64,000 bases of DNA, from assembly GCA_002633005.1 (NCBI GenBank), contig NMRA01000243.1, positions 334,387 to 398,386 on the forward strand, in the 5' to 3' direction. This document shows positions 39,001 to 53,732 of this stretch, in pieces (within the stretch, counting starts at the first letter, position 1; the number at the start of each line of letters is the position of its first letter). Below the pieces are notes generated by a model that did no database searches, had not been told where the DNA came from, and worked only from the letters and a program-made list of their open reading frames with translations. Both the position numbers and the translations under genes were made by a program. This DNA comes from Phoronis australis. Its lineage: Eukaryota; Animalia; Phoronida.

Positions 39001-39790
39001 GATATTAATTACTTTCCATTTTAAAAAATAAAAAAAGATGTTTTCACAATACCTAATAAATGGCAGATTGGTGATGACATAAATCAAATTATATAGGTTT
39101 TCGACTTTCATCATCACATGCAAACGTTACACTAGATTATCTGACATTCTTCACAGATTCTGAAATTTTTTCAAATGTATTACTCCAAAATATACTGAGC
39201 GCTGTTTGACATCCCATTTCCATCAAAAAGAATGTTTTCGTTTAAATTTGCAATCTCCACAAAAAATCAAGTCGTGAAATCAGGCAAATAAACACTTTTG
39301 GTTGTAGTTTGACCAGAATGGAACTCTAAAGCACTATCCTTGGTTTAATAGACCACTTCACTCTTACTTTATCTTACTAAGAAATTGGCCATTTTTGTCC
39401 TTGCAAGTAAACTTTAATCAATTATTAGCAAATTATTAAAGTCATCTAGATTACTAGTTCTTTTCCTCGACGATTCTTCACTGTCAAAATATTCTTCTGT
39501 TTTTGTGCCTTTATACAGTGAAACATAAAAACATCAGTAACGATAAACTGCCATGGAATTAAGAGTAACTCTTAATATTCCTCTTTCATTTTTCATCGGA
39601 AGCTGTGAATGTCCACATATTGCAGGACTATACTTATGGTATGAAACAGCAATGTATTAATTTGGGACTTTTTTAAGATACAAAATAACAAAATTTTACT
39701 TGACTTGTTTGTCCCCAATTTATAACAGTAATTGTTAGAATCATATACCATGAACATGCACGTTATAATACTGTCAGATATTGGACTTAC

Positions 39791-39864
39791 ATGGACATGG
39801 GTGGCATTGGTCCACCAGGGCCTCCAGGACCCATGCCATTGGGAGGTGGACCCCTCACGTAGTT
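39791..39864 (-). CDS. SSBP3: Ssdp exon (NYVRGPPPNGMGPGGPGGPMPPMS+AT)
   Basis: Acceptor tatttttag|, donor AT|GTAAGT, phase 0->2. Confidence 0.88.
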
Positions 39865-41066
39865 CTAAAAATATACAACCAGACCCGGTCATCAGATGAG
39901 GTAACAAGCACACCACGGTATATGAAACCTGAAACAGTTCCTAATGATGCCGCAACCTAATCCAGCAAACACTTTAAAGGGACATCATTGGCAAGAAATG
40001 AGATTTTCTGAGATCAGCTTCAGCGCAGAATCCAACCTGCAAACCCATAGTCTATCGCTCTGCCTGGGAAGTTTAATCCCACACAACAAATGGCAAATTT
40101 TTTTAAGCATACTCAAAGGGTAAAGTCACCCACCTTGATTTCAGTCATTGCCAGCAGACAACAACCTTTCTCATCACAGAATCTCAAAATGCATTTTTTG
40201 GCCTAAAAACCAATGCCTTCTTAACAAATTGAACTAAAACATACCTGGGGTTAACAGGTGAACCTATTCATTAAGACATTGGCTTATTCTTTGATGAAAC
40301 ACTGGCATCATAGAACTCGGCATAATTCTCAGTACGTTTTTTGAGAGTGTTGGCTCCTACGCTCAATTTCTCATTATTTATATCAATTTTGACTACTGCA
40401 GTTGTTTCAGGAAGTCTGAACATGTAACGCGTTGAGTCACTACAGTCATATAGTTTAATATTGTGGAGAGGTCAGAATGTTTCATCAAAGTTACAATTGG
40501 TTTGACTAAACAAAATATTTACAATTAAGTTTCACCACGAACAAAGAACATGGTGGTCTCTGTAACCTTGGCTGTGGTCTCTGTAACCTAGGCTGTTCTC
40601 TCATCCCCCACGGTCATATTCAATGCTGGTATGAGAAGCGGGGAACAAAAGAACGCCATATGCAAGATACCACCATGAAAATTGTTCCGCATACCACCAG
40701 CAGCAAAACTCTCCAACACTTATACATCCCGATTTGTTAATACAGTGAAAATTATTTCTAACTAGCATTAAAAAATAGCAATTTTCAAAGGAAATTAGGG
40801 AAGCACATCAATCTTCCTTTGAAATCACAAAATGTTAAAAGTACGCCATTGTCTGACATGAAGAAGACACTCTCCCGCTGAACACGTTTCAAAACCATCG
40901 CCTAGCAACGCACAAACAAAAAAAATTGGTGGGAAATACATATCAGCATCATACACAAAACAATTCCGAAGACACAAGAAAAAAACAAATGAAATATTCT
41001 ACCACCCACACGAAATTATCATGCATTGAGACAAATTAATGACTACTAATTGCTACGACAACTTAC

Positions 41067-41128
41067 CGGATTCATTGGTCCAGGCATCCTCCCAGGCATC
41101 CGCTGCATGGGTCCCATACCTGGATGAC
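41067..41128 (-). CDS. SSBP3: Ssdp exon (GHPGMGPMQRMPGRMPGPMNP)
   Basis: Acceptor atttcctgcag|, donor |GTAAGT, phase 1->0. GHP.MG.MQRM motif. Confidence 0.9.
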
Positions 41129-41819
41129 CTGCAGGAAATAGTGGAACATTTCATTTATCAGGTCCTCTTGACTAAATATACTCCACACTTGACAATCAAC
41201 AATGAACATATGAAAGTAGACGAGGCTTTGTTCGCAAGCAAAATCATACACCCATAGAGTGTTCTTCAAATCTGAAAATCTAAACAGGTCGCACGCGTAA
41301 AAACTGCAACAAACATGCCGGAATCGTGTGGCAGTCAACGTTCTCCGTAAGCTAGTGTGTACCTTTTTTACCCATGCACTTCAACAGTAATGCACAGTAT
41401 TGCAAACAAATAAATGTTTGTTCAACTTTTTTATTTTTAAAAGGTGGACTTAATTACAAACATATCACACAACCCATTTGTTTAGTACACAACTTTGAAA
41501 TGGAAGTCTACAGACATGTTTCATACAGAATGAGGAAATATTTTATTCAATACTTGTGATGTCAACATCAATGAAGTCCAAAAAGTCTAAGATAAAGTAA
41601 ACTTTTCCCACGAAGGAGACAGGCCAAGTGAGGTTACTTTATAAAGCCAGTCGCAATTGTATGTCTTGGCAGCAGAGTCTAGTACGTTTTCTCTCAATCC
41701 AATGTCGTGCACGGCATTCTTATAGTCAATACCCCAGCCCGCATTTTTTGTCTGAATTCAATGATCGGAAGTTGGTACAACCTTAAACTTCTGCACTACT
41801 AGAATTCTTGTAAATATTG

Positions 41820-41925
41820 CACAATATCCCTCCAATGTGATATCACAATATCACAATATCCCTCCAATGTGATATCACAATATCCCTCCAATGTGATATC
41901 ACAATATCACAATATCCCTCCAATG
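41820..41925. repeat. Short tandem repeat (cacaatatccctccaatgtgatat) x4 with cacaatat sub-repeats
   Basis: Directly visible. Confidence 0.85.
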
Positions 41926-44900
41926 AATACAAAATAGGTAGCGTAAACAAAACGATCCACGTGCGGGAAAGTTGGGTCTGTTGACGAAAACCAATATTTC
42001 TAGAAAGATGTAGACTAGGTTGTCAAAAGCTTGCCACTATGGAATTTCCATAACTTTCAGGATTGTCACAAACTCAATGACATTCTTTCAGCTGAGAACC
42101 ATCTATTCTCAACTCAAGTTGGAGAGAATTGTAAGAATGCCGATGTCGGATGTTGTCGGCAAAAATTCGGTCCACCGATCATAACATGGAAATTTGCAAT
42201 TCGTTGACAGAGCCCGGCAGTATCACCACCATCCGGATCTGGATTATCTGTCGTATTTGCGTCTGAATCAACGTCAGTATCCGAAATATCTCTCGGCTTT
42301 CAAAACAATCCTTAGCAGTCCTACGCCTTCCCGCGGCAGACGACATTACTTAGTATGTAGAATGCGCATGTCAATCAGTAATGGAAGCCAGGATAGAGTT
42401 CAATAACGTAAGGTGAGCATGCTATACAAAAAAGTCAGTAAAAACCGAGTACTGCCTTTAAAAATTGAACAATCCTACAAATTTTGTTATTTAATACGCA
42501 ATGAACTTGTATTCGGTCAAAGAAATTGATTTGGGTTTAGCCAACTTATCACTATAAAAGCATGTTTCTTACCCAAATGAGAAGTGACTTTTGGTCTAGC
42601 AAATAACTGTGGTTATTTTTCTAGACCATGCCACCCGATAAATTGACACTTTTCCCACCTGAACTTCTCAAGCAATTACAACCTGTCAGTTATTCCCAAG
42701 CACGAAAATCACAATTATTTCGAGTAAAGAACAATTTCACATCAACTTCACAATAGTAAGTGGTCTATAACAATTCTTCACTTATTCAGCACATAATATG
42801 TACGACAATGGAAGAAACGGCAATTTTGACAATTAATTTTAGTGAGAAATGAGAGGTGAATAGCCATAGCTATTGGCAACCGTAGGCAGGTTTATATTTA
42901 ACTTTTCAAGCCAGTTTATTAAATGGCCAAGGACAGCAGAGAGCAGTCAACTAGCCATATAGTCACCTAACTGTCACTAGAAAGCTCATTGGATCCACTT
43001 TAACTGTCATTCATCCTGGGGCTGCTTAGTCTGTTATCCAATAACCACTGCAATTTGCAGCGGCCTACTCAGCTGGGCTCCGAGCTAATATTTTCTAATC
43101 GTGATTAATATCCTGCATGTGTTGTGTACCTATTAGATTTACTTTGTCGTTAACGAGTACGCCATACATTGGCCATTCAACTCGCATACGTTCTCATTAG
43201 GGTCGAGATTTATTTAGCTAACACTTCGGGGAAAACTGCCATAATGCACGCACCCGCGTGAAGTCTGTGAGGAGAATAAGTTCTGTGAAGCCTGTAATGG
43301 CTAGTTGATGGCAGGTTTATACAGAGGTTCATGTCACCTAGGGAGACAGATTGACACAGGTGGTCAACATTACCTGGCAAGCCTCAAACAAACACCTGGC
43401 AAAATAAGCACCAACTCAAGACACCAACTGAGCGGAAAATCACCATTCCTTGAAAGGTTGCAAGCTGTGAATGTGAAACAAATTGCTCGATGTTTATAGC
43501 AGTTTGTTCCCACGAACATTACCCAGTCCATCATGGGAGAAGATCATGACACTTAGGTGGGAAATAACCGAAGCAGACACATAAGAGGAACAGAAACCAG
43601 GATTCCTCAGTAAATGAAAAGACAGACCAACGGTCACTGAACAGGTAAGGAAGAGGGGTCTGGAGGAATATTGGAAAAAATTTCAAGGAGAAAGTAGTGT
43701 TTGATATATGCAACTGTAGCCATTTTAACAAAAAGTTGCACAATCCAGTATTTGCATCAACACATGCTTCAGAACAGTTGTGCAGAAGAGTGCAATAACT
43801 GGACATTCAAGCTTAAGGCGACTGTTCACAAACGAAATATCTGAAAATGGGACGCAGGAAATTTCCTGATAAGCTCCACTACCAAAGAGGCTCCGTTTTC
43901 ATGACTTTTGTTTTGATAACTAGGGATTTTGTTCGTGCACAATATTTTTCAATATGTAACTTACGTCAACTCCTCAATTCTTTTGTTCAGAATATTGGCA
44001 CTGTACTCAATACCCAATGCCAACAGGAGTTTATCGCAGACAATTCCATCTTAAGATATCTTATTATGGGCAAATGTAAGGTAGATTTTTTGAAGATATA
44101 CATTAGGGAAAAATATACATGCCTGAATATTGAAATCTTCCCAAGTTTCATAGGTAATTGGTATCAAAACTGTAACAAATGCAATTTTTCAACCATAAAG
44201 TCCTAGTGATGTAATGGAACAGACATATATTTGATTGGTTTCAATTTGAGCATAGGCCACAGTATAGACGCATATGGGTACATATCCATCTCTCAGATAT
44301 ACCCGGGGACGTATATTTAGATCTACTTTTGGTCCTCAAACAAACTGCAAGCTTGTCTTGCTGAAAACTCAGATATTATATCTTTGGTTTGCATGTGAAA
44401 TCATGGCTGGCCATACAAAGGCATGGTTGGCCAATACAAACCCGGCACCGTGCACTGACAAGTTTTAATTTTATCTAGAGCGAAGACATTTTTACCATTC
44501 CCTCAGCTAATTCCTCACAACTGCATTGTATTCTCACATTCAATAGTCAACTACAGTGGTTCCCGCACTCTGAGAACCAGTTTTCTCCATAGAACAACAG
44601 GCATAAAACTGGTTCTCNCCCCCCCCCCCCCTGAATTCATAGATTGATTTGACGACTGACAGTGCATGGCATGTTGTATAAAAACAGTCAGCACTGGCAG
44701 GAATGCTTCCATCTCTGAACAAGCCTAGTTTTCTCACACAAGCCAATGTGTCAAGATAGAGGAGGTATTAACTTGAGTCAACTCTGTATGTAACATGCTG
44801 GATGAATTTGCAAAGTCAATTTCTTGTTAACACAATCAAAACATGGGAAAATAACATTACAATCGGCGTTCTGTGCATGAGGAAGTGCCCCAGATGTTTT

Positions 44901-45516
44901 TGATATTAGGCATAAAAAGCGTGCCGTAGAAAACAACCTTTCACACAGCAGACAGAATCATTGACACTTTCAACAAACTACCAAAGGTAAGACTTCTTTT
45001 TAAACCAGCATTTTGGTTTAGCTAGAAAAATAAGAAATAGGTCAATTAATAAGATAAAAAAATCTTGCCATTGCAAAAATGAATTTCTACCGCTAATAGT
45101 TATTAAGGAGTCACCTGTGGATAATGGAGAACAGCTCAATTTTTGAAAAGTTGGTTAACCCCGAGAACTTTCCCTCTCCCCTCAATGACCTGTTTGGAGT
45201 CAGTCGTTTCCTGTCATGTTTTGGAAAGATTTCTCGGCTGCTTTTTGTAGTTCAATGACCAGATTTAAAAATTACGTTTTAGGTAGTAACTGAAAGGCAA
45301 ATGTGACTTTGAACAACCTTTTTGATAAATCTTGTCACAAAACTCAGAGGGAGCTGATAATCGAGAAGTTCCCTTGTTGAATTTCAACACCGTACAAGCC
45401 CATAATTATACCCTACCCTGATAACTGGACTTGTAAAAATAGTGGTAACAGCAATGTAGCAATACTACAATGGTTGAGACGTCACAAATATTTTGCAGTG
45501 TCGATTTGCTAAACAT

Positions 45517-46000
45517 CAGGGCTTGGAATGATCAATGACAAAAAACGCGGAAACTTTTACGGCCCAAATCATGCCCGATAACCAGAATTGAAATGGTCAA
45601 TGTGAATCTTTCCCCGACAAAAATCGGGAGGACTAAAAAAAAACGTTACCACCATCAGAAGCATGCGTCTGCGTCCTTTTAGCTCGCCCGTCCACACATT
45701 TTTGGCTGCAGAGCGGCAGTATTTGTGGCCGCGCTTAACAATAACACGTGACGCCATTGAAAATCACACCACGCTGTCCCAGATGCCCCGGCAATGTTGA
45801 CAATTTGCGTTCCTCCGAAACATAAAGAGCAACTTCCGCTTTTCGAGGTGAACGTCGTCTGCAACGCCGCGGTAAGAAAGGAATTTGCCGCGGAAATTTT
45901 ATATCAAATCCGATTTTTTTTACGCGGAAATATAAAAAAAGCGGAAAGCACATTTGAAAAAAGCGGAAATCCGCGTTTCCGCGGAAAATTCCAAGCCCTG
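45517..46000. mobile_element. 484-bp MITE with 13-bp TIR CAGGGCTTGGAAT and 6-bp TSD aaacat
   Basis: aaacat|cagggcttggaat ... attccaagccctg|aaacat, with multiple subterminal gcggaaa motifs. Confidence 0.8.
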
Positions 46001-48071
46001 AAACATGGCACACAACTCCTTCGATAAAATTGTCTTATCCCACAATTATTGACCTAATTTTTATGACGTCCTGTAAATTCTGTGTAAAAACCTGCAGTGT
46101 ATAAGCATAGAGACAAGAATATCAGAAAATATCAGTTGCAAAACTATCACGTAAATTGTACGCAACATGAAACTTTGATTACTACACAAAGACTAGTCAC
46201 TCAATCACGCAGGCCAAACAAATGAAATTCGCTTCAATATAATTAAATAATGGAAGCCAGATTGGGAGAAAAAACAATTTTACGTTCTGCGCTTTATTAA
46301 GTCGATTTTGTTGCTCAAAACGCATCAATTTTCACGTTTCAATCATTTCAGAAAAAAGCCCCTGGGTGTATAACGAGGTTATTGCTTAATAAAGACGGCA
46401 CCCCGCAGCAACGCTAGACCGATGCAACCTCAGCCCTGGGCGAGTGGTGAGAATTTTCAAAGCCAGTGCCAAACTACGTCGGACCAGCCAGTGAGAGCCG
46501 ACTAATTTTCTCGACAATGCAGCATGCAGATTACATTAGGGAAAAAACCGGGTTAATCCCGATTCTTCGTCAATTACCATAGTAATCTGGCAATGGTTTA
46601 TAGTTACCCTAGCTGTGCTTTCATCTGTTTTTCCCATAAGTCTGTTTTATTTAGTAACGCCAACACAGGCATACCTCAGCTGCTGGGGCCAAATAATGAG
46701 ACTCACAGGGAGCCATGTGTGCGGAGAATGCAGTGTGTCAGCCCTGTGGCATGGAATAATGATCAATAACCTGTAGTGCGTGGATAATCACAGGACTGTT
46801 ACAAGAACCAAAGGGTTACAAGTTTTCCCAATCCAGTTGGATGTGTTAAGAGAAACATAGTGAGGATAAAGGTATTAGGAGGAACGTAGTGATGGTTTGC
46901 CACGGAGGAAGATAGCGCTCCATGGATATGTGTGGAATAGTGTAAGGCATGGGAGTACAGAATGACTTCAAAGGCTAGGAGGCAACAGCATGACCACCTG
47001 TTTGGGAATGTGCAACTCTTTCACCAAGGAACAACAAACAGGTGCCCCCAACTCAACAGACAAGATTCAATTCTACAAGGTAAGTAAACTGACATAAGAT
47101 GGACTAACTGGTGTAAAAATACTTTTTGTTCAACCATCAAAATTGATGTCGCTACGTTTTTAACAAAGTTGAATGCCACCCGTAGGCTGTCGCAAGAAAT
47201 GTTATTAACCACGTGTATTTCATAGAAGTTATAGCATTAGGCATGTGCATGTCAAAGTTCTTTATTTATCTGCAAAAAAACTACCATGCCTATCTAAGCT
47301 TTTGCAAATTTAACACGTTTTAACTCAAAACCAACTTAAAACGTTCCAGTTTAACTTATTCAAAGTGGCTCTAAACCAACTTTCCATCAAAAAATTGACA
47401 CAGACGCGCAAAAAATAAACACTGATCTTGAGTTTGCCCTGAAGTACAAGGGAAACATAAGACGCACGGCTCCAAGGTTAAAAACACAACTTTCTTCACG
47501 GGTGTGTTTCTTCTCTATGAATTAAAATTGGTTACTATGGATCACCTAGGATTCCCCAACAGCCATACTAGCTGAGACTGAAACTAACTCACTGTGACCA
47601 AGCAACTTATGGGGGATTGGTCTGAAAACATAACGAACTAACAACCCTTTCCAATCTGAGCTAGAAACAAGATCTGATCGATTTTTAACATCAAAAGCCC
47701 AGATCAAAAGTTAGTTTTGGGCATACAGCGGCGTGGGTTTACAGCCCTTCAGGTTCAGGTTTACAACAGCGCCTTCAATGAGACGAGATGAGATTCCTGT
47801 CCATTATTGATAGAGCCAACTGAGAGAGATGGTTCGAAAGTCGTTTTGTATAAGCCTTCACTGCACTCCGTTAGTTTTGTTTCAAAATGTTGATATCGCC
47901 GCAGTAGATAAGGTAGAAGACAGTACTCTTAGAGCTAATGAGCCTGCTTTGGTGAACAACAAAGCTGAAATTCAAGTTAACATTATTTTTGTTTGGTACA
48001 CATCGAAATGAATTTTGACTTTTGACTCGGCTACAAAAAATCCCAAAGCTGCGTGTCCTTGCATTCGCTGA

Positions 48072-48480
48072 CAACAATCGCTGAAAAATTTAAATGGTGT
48101 TGTCACAAACAGTCTTTAATCAACATTGGCAACCAAATATCAATAAGCTCAACTTTGGACAAAACAAGACTTTGAGAAAATGTAAAATATGGTCAAGTTT
48201 CAGTTACACACAATTCAAAATCTAACACAGATGGTAAAACATTGTAGAAAAGATTAAGCAACATCAGTCGAGAGGTGTAAAAACTAATAAGTCACGAATA
48301 GTTTCTGAAGGCATAATGGACATGTTCAATTATCCTGGGGATGACTGTTTATTAAAAAACAACCCTGAGTAGAGTAACAAAGGCAGTCCATGATTTTACA
48401 ATGACAAGTAACATGGATGAATACTATGATGCAGCCCTACGCCAGACTAATTATACTCCGCCTGTATAACAGCGATATAG
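48072..48480. mobile_element. Degenerate HINE-like element
   Basis: Start acaatcgctg and end ttatactccgcctgtataacagcgata give an atcgctg/cagcgat IR plus a 3' hairpin. Confidence 0.35.
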
Positions 48481-50798
48481 TACATGCCCTTTAGACATTA
48501 GGATCAGACTATAACCGGTCAACTGATGGGCAATGCTAATTATTTCTTCATGCAGTCACTAATGAAAGGCAAATGTGTCACAATGAAGGGGGAGAGACTG
48601 CCGCTGTCATAGGTCCTTGTAAAGGAATGTCATGCACTTGGCGTGCGTTGCATAGACACGAGAACCTCGTGAAGACCCGAGATCACACGAGACATGGCCA
48701 TAAATCACAAAGGAAGCATGTGACCCCACTATCGTAGTTAACGAGATTTTGCATCAACAGAATTCAGATCTCGTCGTACCAGTCGCTTTGCTATATGGTA
48801 ACTCCTCAGTTATTTCACACAAAACCAACCCTTAAATCTGTTATTTTCCGACTACCATCCAACGAAAAAATAAAATTCTTCATGAAGTTCCGGTTTAATG
48901 ACATCTATAAAAATCAACACTGTAAATTTGTGTATTTAGGCTCACACGCTTTTATCAAATATATTGTTTTTTCGAAACATTATTTTTGTTCAAGTGTTCT
49001 CCACAAAGGCATATGTGCACAGTGGGATGTTCCTGTACATGCGCTTGTCTAGGAAAGGGTTCTTTAAAAGTGGGGTGTTCACTCGTATTTTGCAAGTCAG
49101 TGCACTTATGTCTAATTCTGTATATAAGCACAGAACAGTCTGAACGCATGAATGGTAGGTAATAATGAAACAGAATTTTAATGTTTATCATTCTTGAGGA
49201 ATTCGATATAGTTTTTCATTATTTGCCACCAAAGAGTGCTAAAAACGGAATGGATGGTCGTAAGGAGCAATATTCTGTTATTGGACCTGATTGGGCACGA
49301 AACTTATTCTTCCTTGTCCATACATTCGAACTCAACACGTGATACATAATTTACAATTATACAAACAACTTAGTCATAACTTCTCTACACGCTAAATTCA
49401 CCCAAAGACGGGATATAAATTAGATCCAAGCGACCGACTTCATCAAGTCAACTAAAAAACGAAGTCAGCTCAGCTCACTGAATTTTCGTTAACACTAGGG
49501 GATTAATTTGGATTTTGAATCAAATCAAGGAACACCACTCGAAGTTTGACAGAATCACGTACAGCGTAATGAAAAAACAGATGAATGATTGCCAGATAAT
49601 GGGCACAGCCTCTCGTGAGTTTGTAGAGACAATTCGCACAAGAGTACGTACACAGTCATTCTAACGTTAACACATAATTAAAAGGCAGTTCTAGGTTAAT
49701 CTTTATGTATGCTGGCATTTTTAAGAGACTATCACTGCGACGTTTGTTTACGTTTCTTCCTTACAGCTGTTGGCACTGGTTAAATTCAGAATAATCATAA
49801 GAAGTGTATTCAAAACACTCTTGAGACCAATGTACTTAACTAATGACCTTCTAATCGGATAGAGAAACAAACCGATGGACCACACGGGAAACAAACGTGG
49901 CAATCGAAAATAAAGTAAACACGACTCTGCCTTCCGTCAAAAATAATTTGTGATTTTCATGGCTTGCAGTCGTTAAATCGGTTCCAACTTCTGGGTTACC
50001 GGAGAGTAAGCCAGATTTCTATGCTTAGACAGAAATGACAGTTTGTCTGTGCTCGAGACCAGGATATACAAGTTGGCTGGTCACCGTGCCGCTCGTGGTC
50101 TCAAGCACTAGCGAGCTGCCAGTTCTTTGCAGGGCCAGGGAATGCTTCTCACACAAGTATGGACCGATCTGAATCGTTTTTATAGTAGAAAGTAGTCTCA
50201 ATTGGAAGCTCACTTGCTGGACGGAATGCAGGTCCAAAGTATTGACAACAACTTTACCTATAGCCATTATTTGAATGATCTAATGACAGAGGGATTTGTT
50301 AAGTGAGACAATTTCCTAACAAAATGCACGTAATTTCACACAAATTAACTCCAACAAAGCATAGCGAGCACGTTCCTGGAACGGTAAATATGACCAGGAA
50401 ATGAAAAATGGATGTAGTTAGACTTTAATTGCTCATAAAATCAATTTTTAATTAGCACAATAAACAATTCCATGAACCATTTGTCTAATTTCTTGGTTTT
50501 AGCGGATGTAAGCGATTAAACCATTTGTAACACTGCAACTAAGTTGATTACTCTTAAAGGTTTATTCATATATACAACAATTTCCTCCAGGCACAACTAC
50601 ATGTGTGCACTAATACTTTCAACATGTTAACACCTATCAGCACAAGGAAGACATTATTTGAGTGAACTTGGAAAACATGTTAGAAGCAGACTGTAAGTAT
50701 TTTCTGTCAGTGTTAAGTTAGTTGGACAGTGCTTTGTTGATCACATAGATCTACATTGACTCTCGCAAGCACACCCTTCATTCATTCCCAGAACTTAC

Positions 50799-50871
50799 CC
50801 GGTGACATGCCCGGCCGCACGTCCATATTATTTGGTACTGGCATCTGACCACCTGATATGCTGCCTGGGGG
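50799..50871 (-). CDS. SSBP3: Ssdp exon (PPGSISGGQMPVPNNMDVRPGMSP+G)
   Basis: Acceptor ccctacatttcag|, donor G|GTAAGT, phase 0->1. Homologous to the PPG...PNSMDP segment. Confidence 0.85.
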
Positions 50872-53657
50872 CTGAAATGTAGGGAGACACCTATTGATCA
50901 ACTACGAAAGCAATACAGGGTACCAGCAAATTTCAAACACAGACAGCAGAGCCATCTATTGACGCAAAAGTGAAACAACAATTGAAGATGAAGTGATCAA
51001 CCTAAGGTAAGTAAATATTTTTTACATGTTACTAACATTGCATAAAAACCTACATGCGTGTATTTAAAGGTCATCAATGCATCCAAACTACTTATTTTCT
51101 GCCTATTTTGCAATTTCTACATCATTTTACTTGTCACATACAAATATCAAAAGTAGAAAAAATTGAGTTATTGATGAACTTGTGAAATGTAAACACTGTT
51201 TTGTTTCTGCGTTTACAAAAACACACCTCCATAACACTGTTGACCTTGTGCACCCGCAGCACCATGTGAACAAGCAACAATCGAGGTCAGAAGGTCATAA
51301 TGAAATGTTTATGCTTGTTAAAAACAAACAAATCACAACTCCAAATGTAGTTTGTGCAGCATTTTGCCACAGATTTGCAGCGCTTGTTCAGGAATCTTAA
51401 AATGGTAAGATGATAGCGGTTTTGTGAAGAAAGTGAGCGATATTAACAAATTTTGCAGAAAATCATTATGCGTCGATAGCCTTAAGCCCATGTGTCTTTA
51501 ACGGAAATAATACTGTTCTTTTTTCAAATTTCTTTGTTCAAGAGTCTTGCATACAGGGGCATGTGCCCAAGCCTCACTGATAGGTATAAACAGTTATCCC
51601 GTGTGTATGTGCATGTCTCATGTTTGGTGTATTTTGTGTTTCTACCGTTCTCAGCATGACAAAAGTAATCGACCAAAATACGAAATACTGTTCTGTCACG
51701 ATGGGTAAATTTGTTAACAGCGTAAATGACAGGAAATGACTAATGGCAAAATTTTAATAACACAATGGCTTAACCACCTTACTAAGTTTCCTATTAATTG
51801 CCACTTATTCTTGATAACGAAAGAAGACTAGTCCAATGATAATTCGGCTTCCCACTACGCGTCATAACGGGGAATTCCGCCTCACTTTGAAAACATTTGT
51901 CATGTACGTACTGCATTTTCCCATTGATACTCTTGTATTGAAAACGCAGTCTACTAGTTTTAACAAAAAAGTAAAGTTTCACCGAGCGGATTTCATATTT
52001 CAGATACTTCCCGTTCAGTTTTACTCAAGTGTTTCACATACCGGCACGTGCGCCCGATTTCTGATAAAGGTGCAGCTAAACGTACATGTATAGGCCCTTG
52101 GGTATAAATTCGCGTGCGTAGGGTAATTGTAGACGGGAGACAGATTGATACTTATAACTACTAGATGGAAGCTAGCTTCTTCTTACGTAAAGTTGCGGGA
52201 TCAGAGTTTGGCAAATAAAACCGCTGATATTCAACTTAAAGAAATTTTTTGTATTTTATACAAAATCTTTGAATCACGTTAAAATATACCCAAAGTCATA
52301 TGTCCTTGCGTACTCTAACAACAATGGCACAAACAATTAACTGGTGGCCCCGGAAATGTCACATCCCATTTGTTCTCAGGGGATGCAAGGACATACGGCT
52401 TTGTGGAATTTTTGTACCTGGAACCAAGATCGGAATTCCTTTTAGTGAATAACATGCAAGAACTTTGGTTTAATTTGAATTTTAGTCACCTTATTCACCA
52501 ATTGTTAATGCGTTTACTTGAGTGTAACATCTGAAACTAGTAACGGATGATTCAAAATGTTTGTCAAAGGTCTGTATACCAAAGCTAGAGATTGGTTGGC
52601 TCTCAGTACAATAAATAGCAGGGACAGAAATTGCAGCAAATTAAAAATTGATTCTGGCAAAGAAAAAAATGCAGGTTGGGGTTATCTTGCAGAGCCTAGC
52701 TTCCCTGCTACTGCATAACTCAGTATGGACTGTCATTGAAAACATGTAGCTGAGAATGCTCTGTGTCATATGGGACAAAAATTCTTTTGTTTAGGTCACA
52801 ATACACCCGACAGGTGATGTTTCATATTCACTACAGAAATATCAACTTCTCGGGAAATTTTACTTTGTTGTTAGCACGACCTTGCGAAGTACGGCTGACG
52901 CTGAGCGAACATTTGCAACAGTGTAGCAAGATTTTGAAGATTGGCAATTTCATCAATTGTTTTAGTCCAAATCTAAAGTTGCTAGAATTGTGTTTGAATT
53001 TGGTAACTAAGGAGTCTAAAATCCAAGGCTATGTGGACCAAAAGGAAATGTACAAATCAGGGTAATTTGGAATATCATATCTCAGAAACGGATGATTGTA
53101 TTCATATCAAACTTCCAAACATTATGCTTTATGCACGGGTCCTGCAAACGTCTTTAGGAATTGTTTTCAAAATGTTCCATTCCCGCATGAGGGTTATCAA
53201 AACATAGGACTTTACTATTTTCATGAAACAGCTCTGAAGTAGCACAAACCGAAAATGAGATGATACCTTAGAAAACTGTAACAGTGTTTTTGGGATTTCC
53301 TATAGAGCATTAAATAGCAAATGACATTTGATCACGTTATTGATAGCATTGTTTTGTAACCAACGTATCTTTCCCAACTAATTCTAGCCATCTGATTCAG
53401 CAAACTTGGTAGATTACACCAACAATTGCAAAAAGTGCCCGTTGGAGCTCGTAATATTTTTGACGTTAAAACATCTCTAACACGTTAATCTTAGTTTGAA
53501 GATGCAGATTTCTGAGGATCCAACAATGCACTCAATAAATTTTCAAGTGAAATAAAGGGCTGAAGTCAGATGATACTTTAGAACAGTGGAGTAGAGCTGG
53601 TAGTTTCACAGTGGCCTTCACCTAGATTACGGAGCAACACTGCATACTGACACCTAC

Positions 53658-53732
53658 CCCATTGAAATCATTTGGCATTCTCACTGGCCCCGGACCCCTT
53701 GGCCCACCAGGGAATCTTTGATACATATTTGG
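53658..53732 (-). CDS. SSBP3: Ssdp exon (PNMYQRFPGGPRGPGPVRMPNDFNG)
   Basis: Acceptor attctcttccag|, donor |GTAGGT. Homologous to the R(Y/F)PGGPR..RM motif. Confidence 0.9.
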
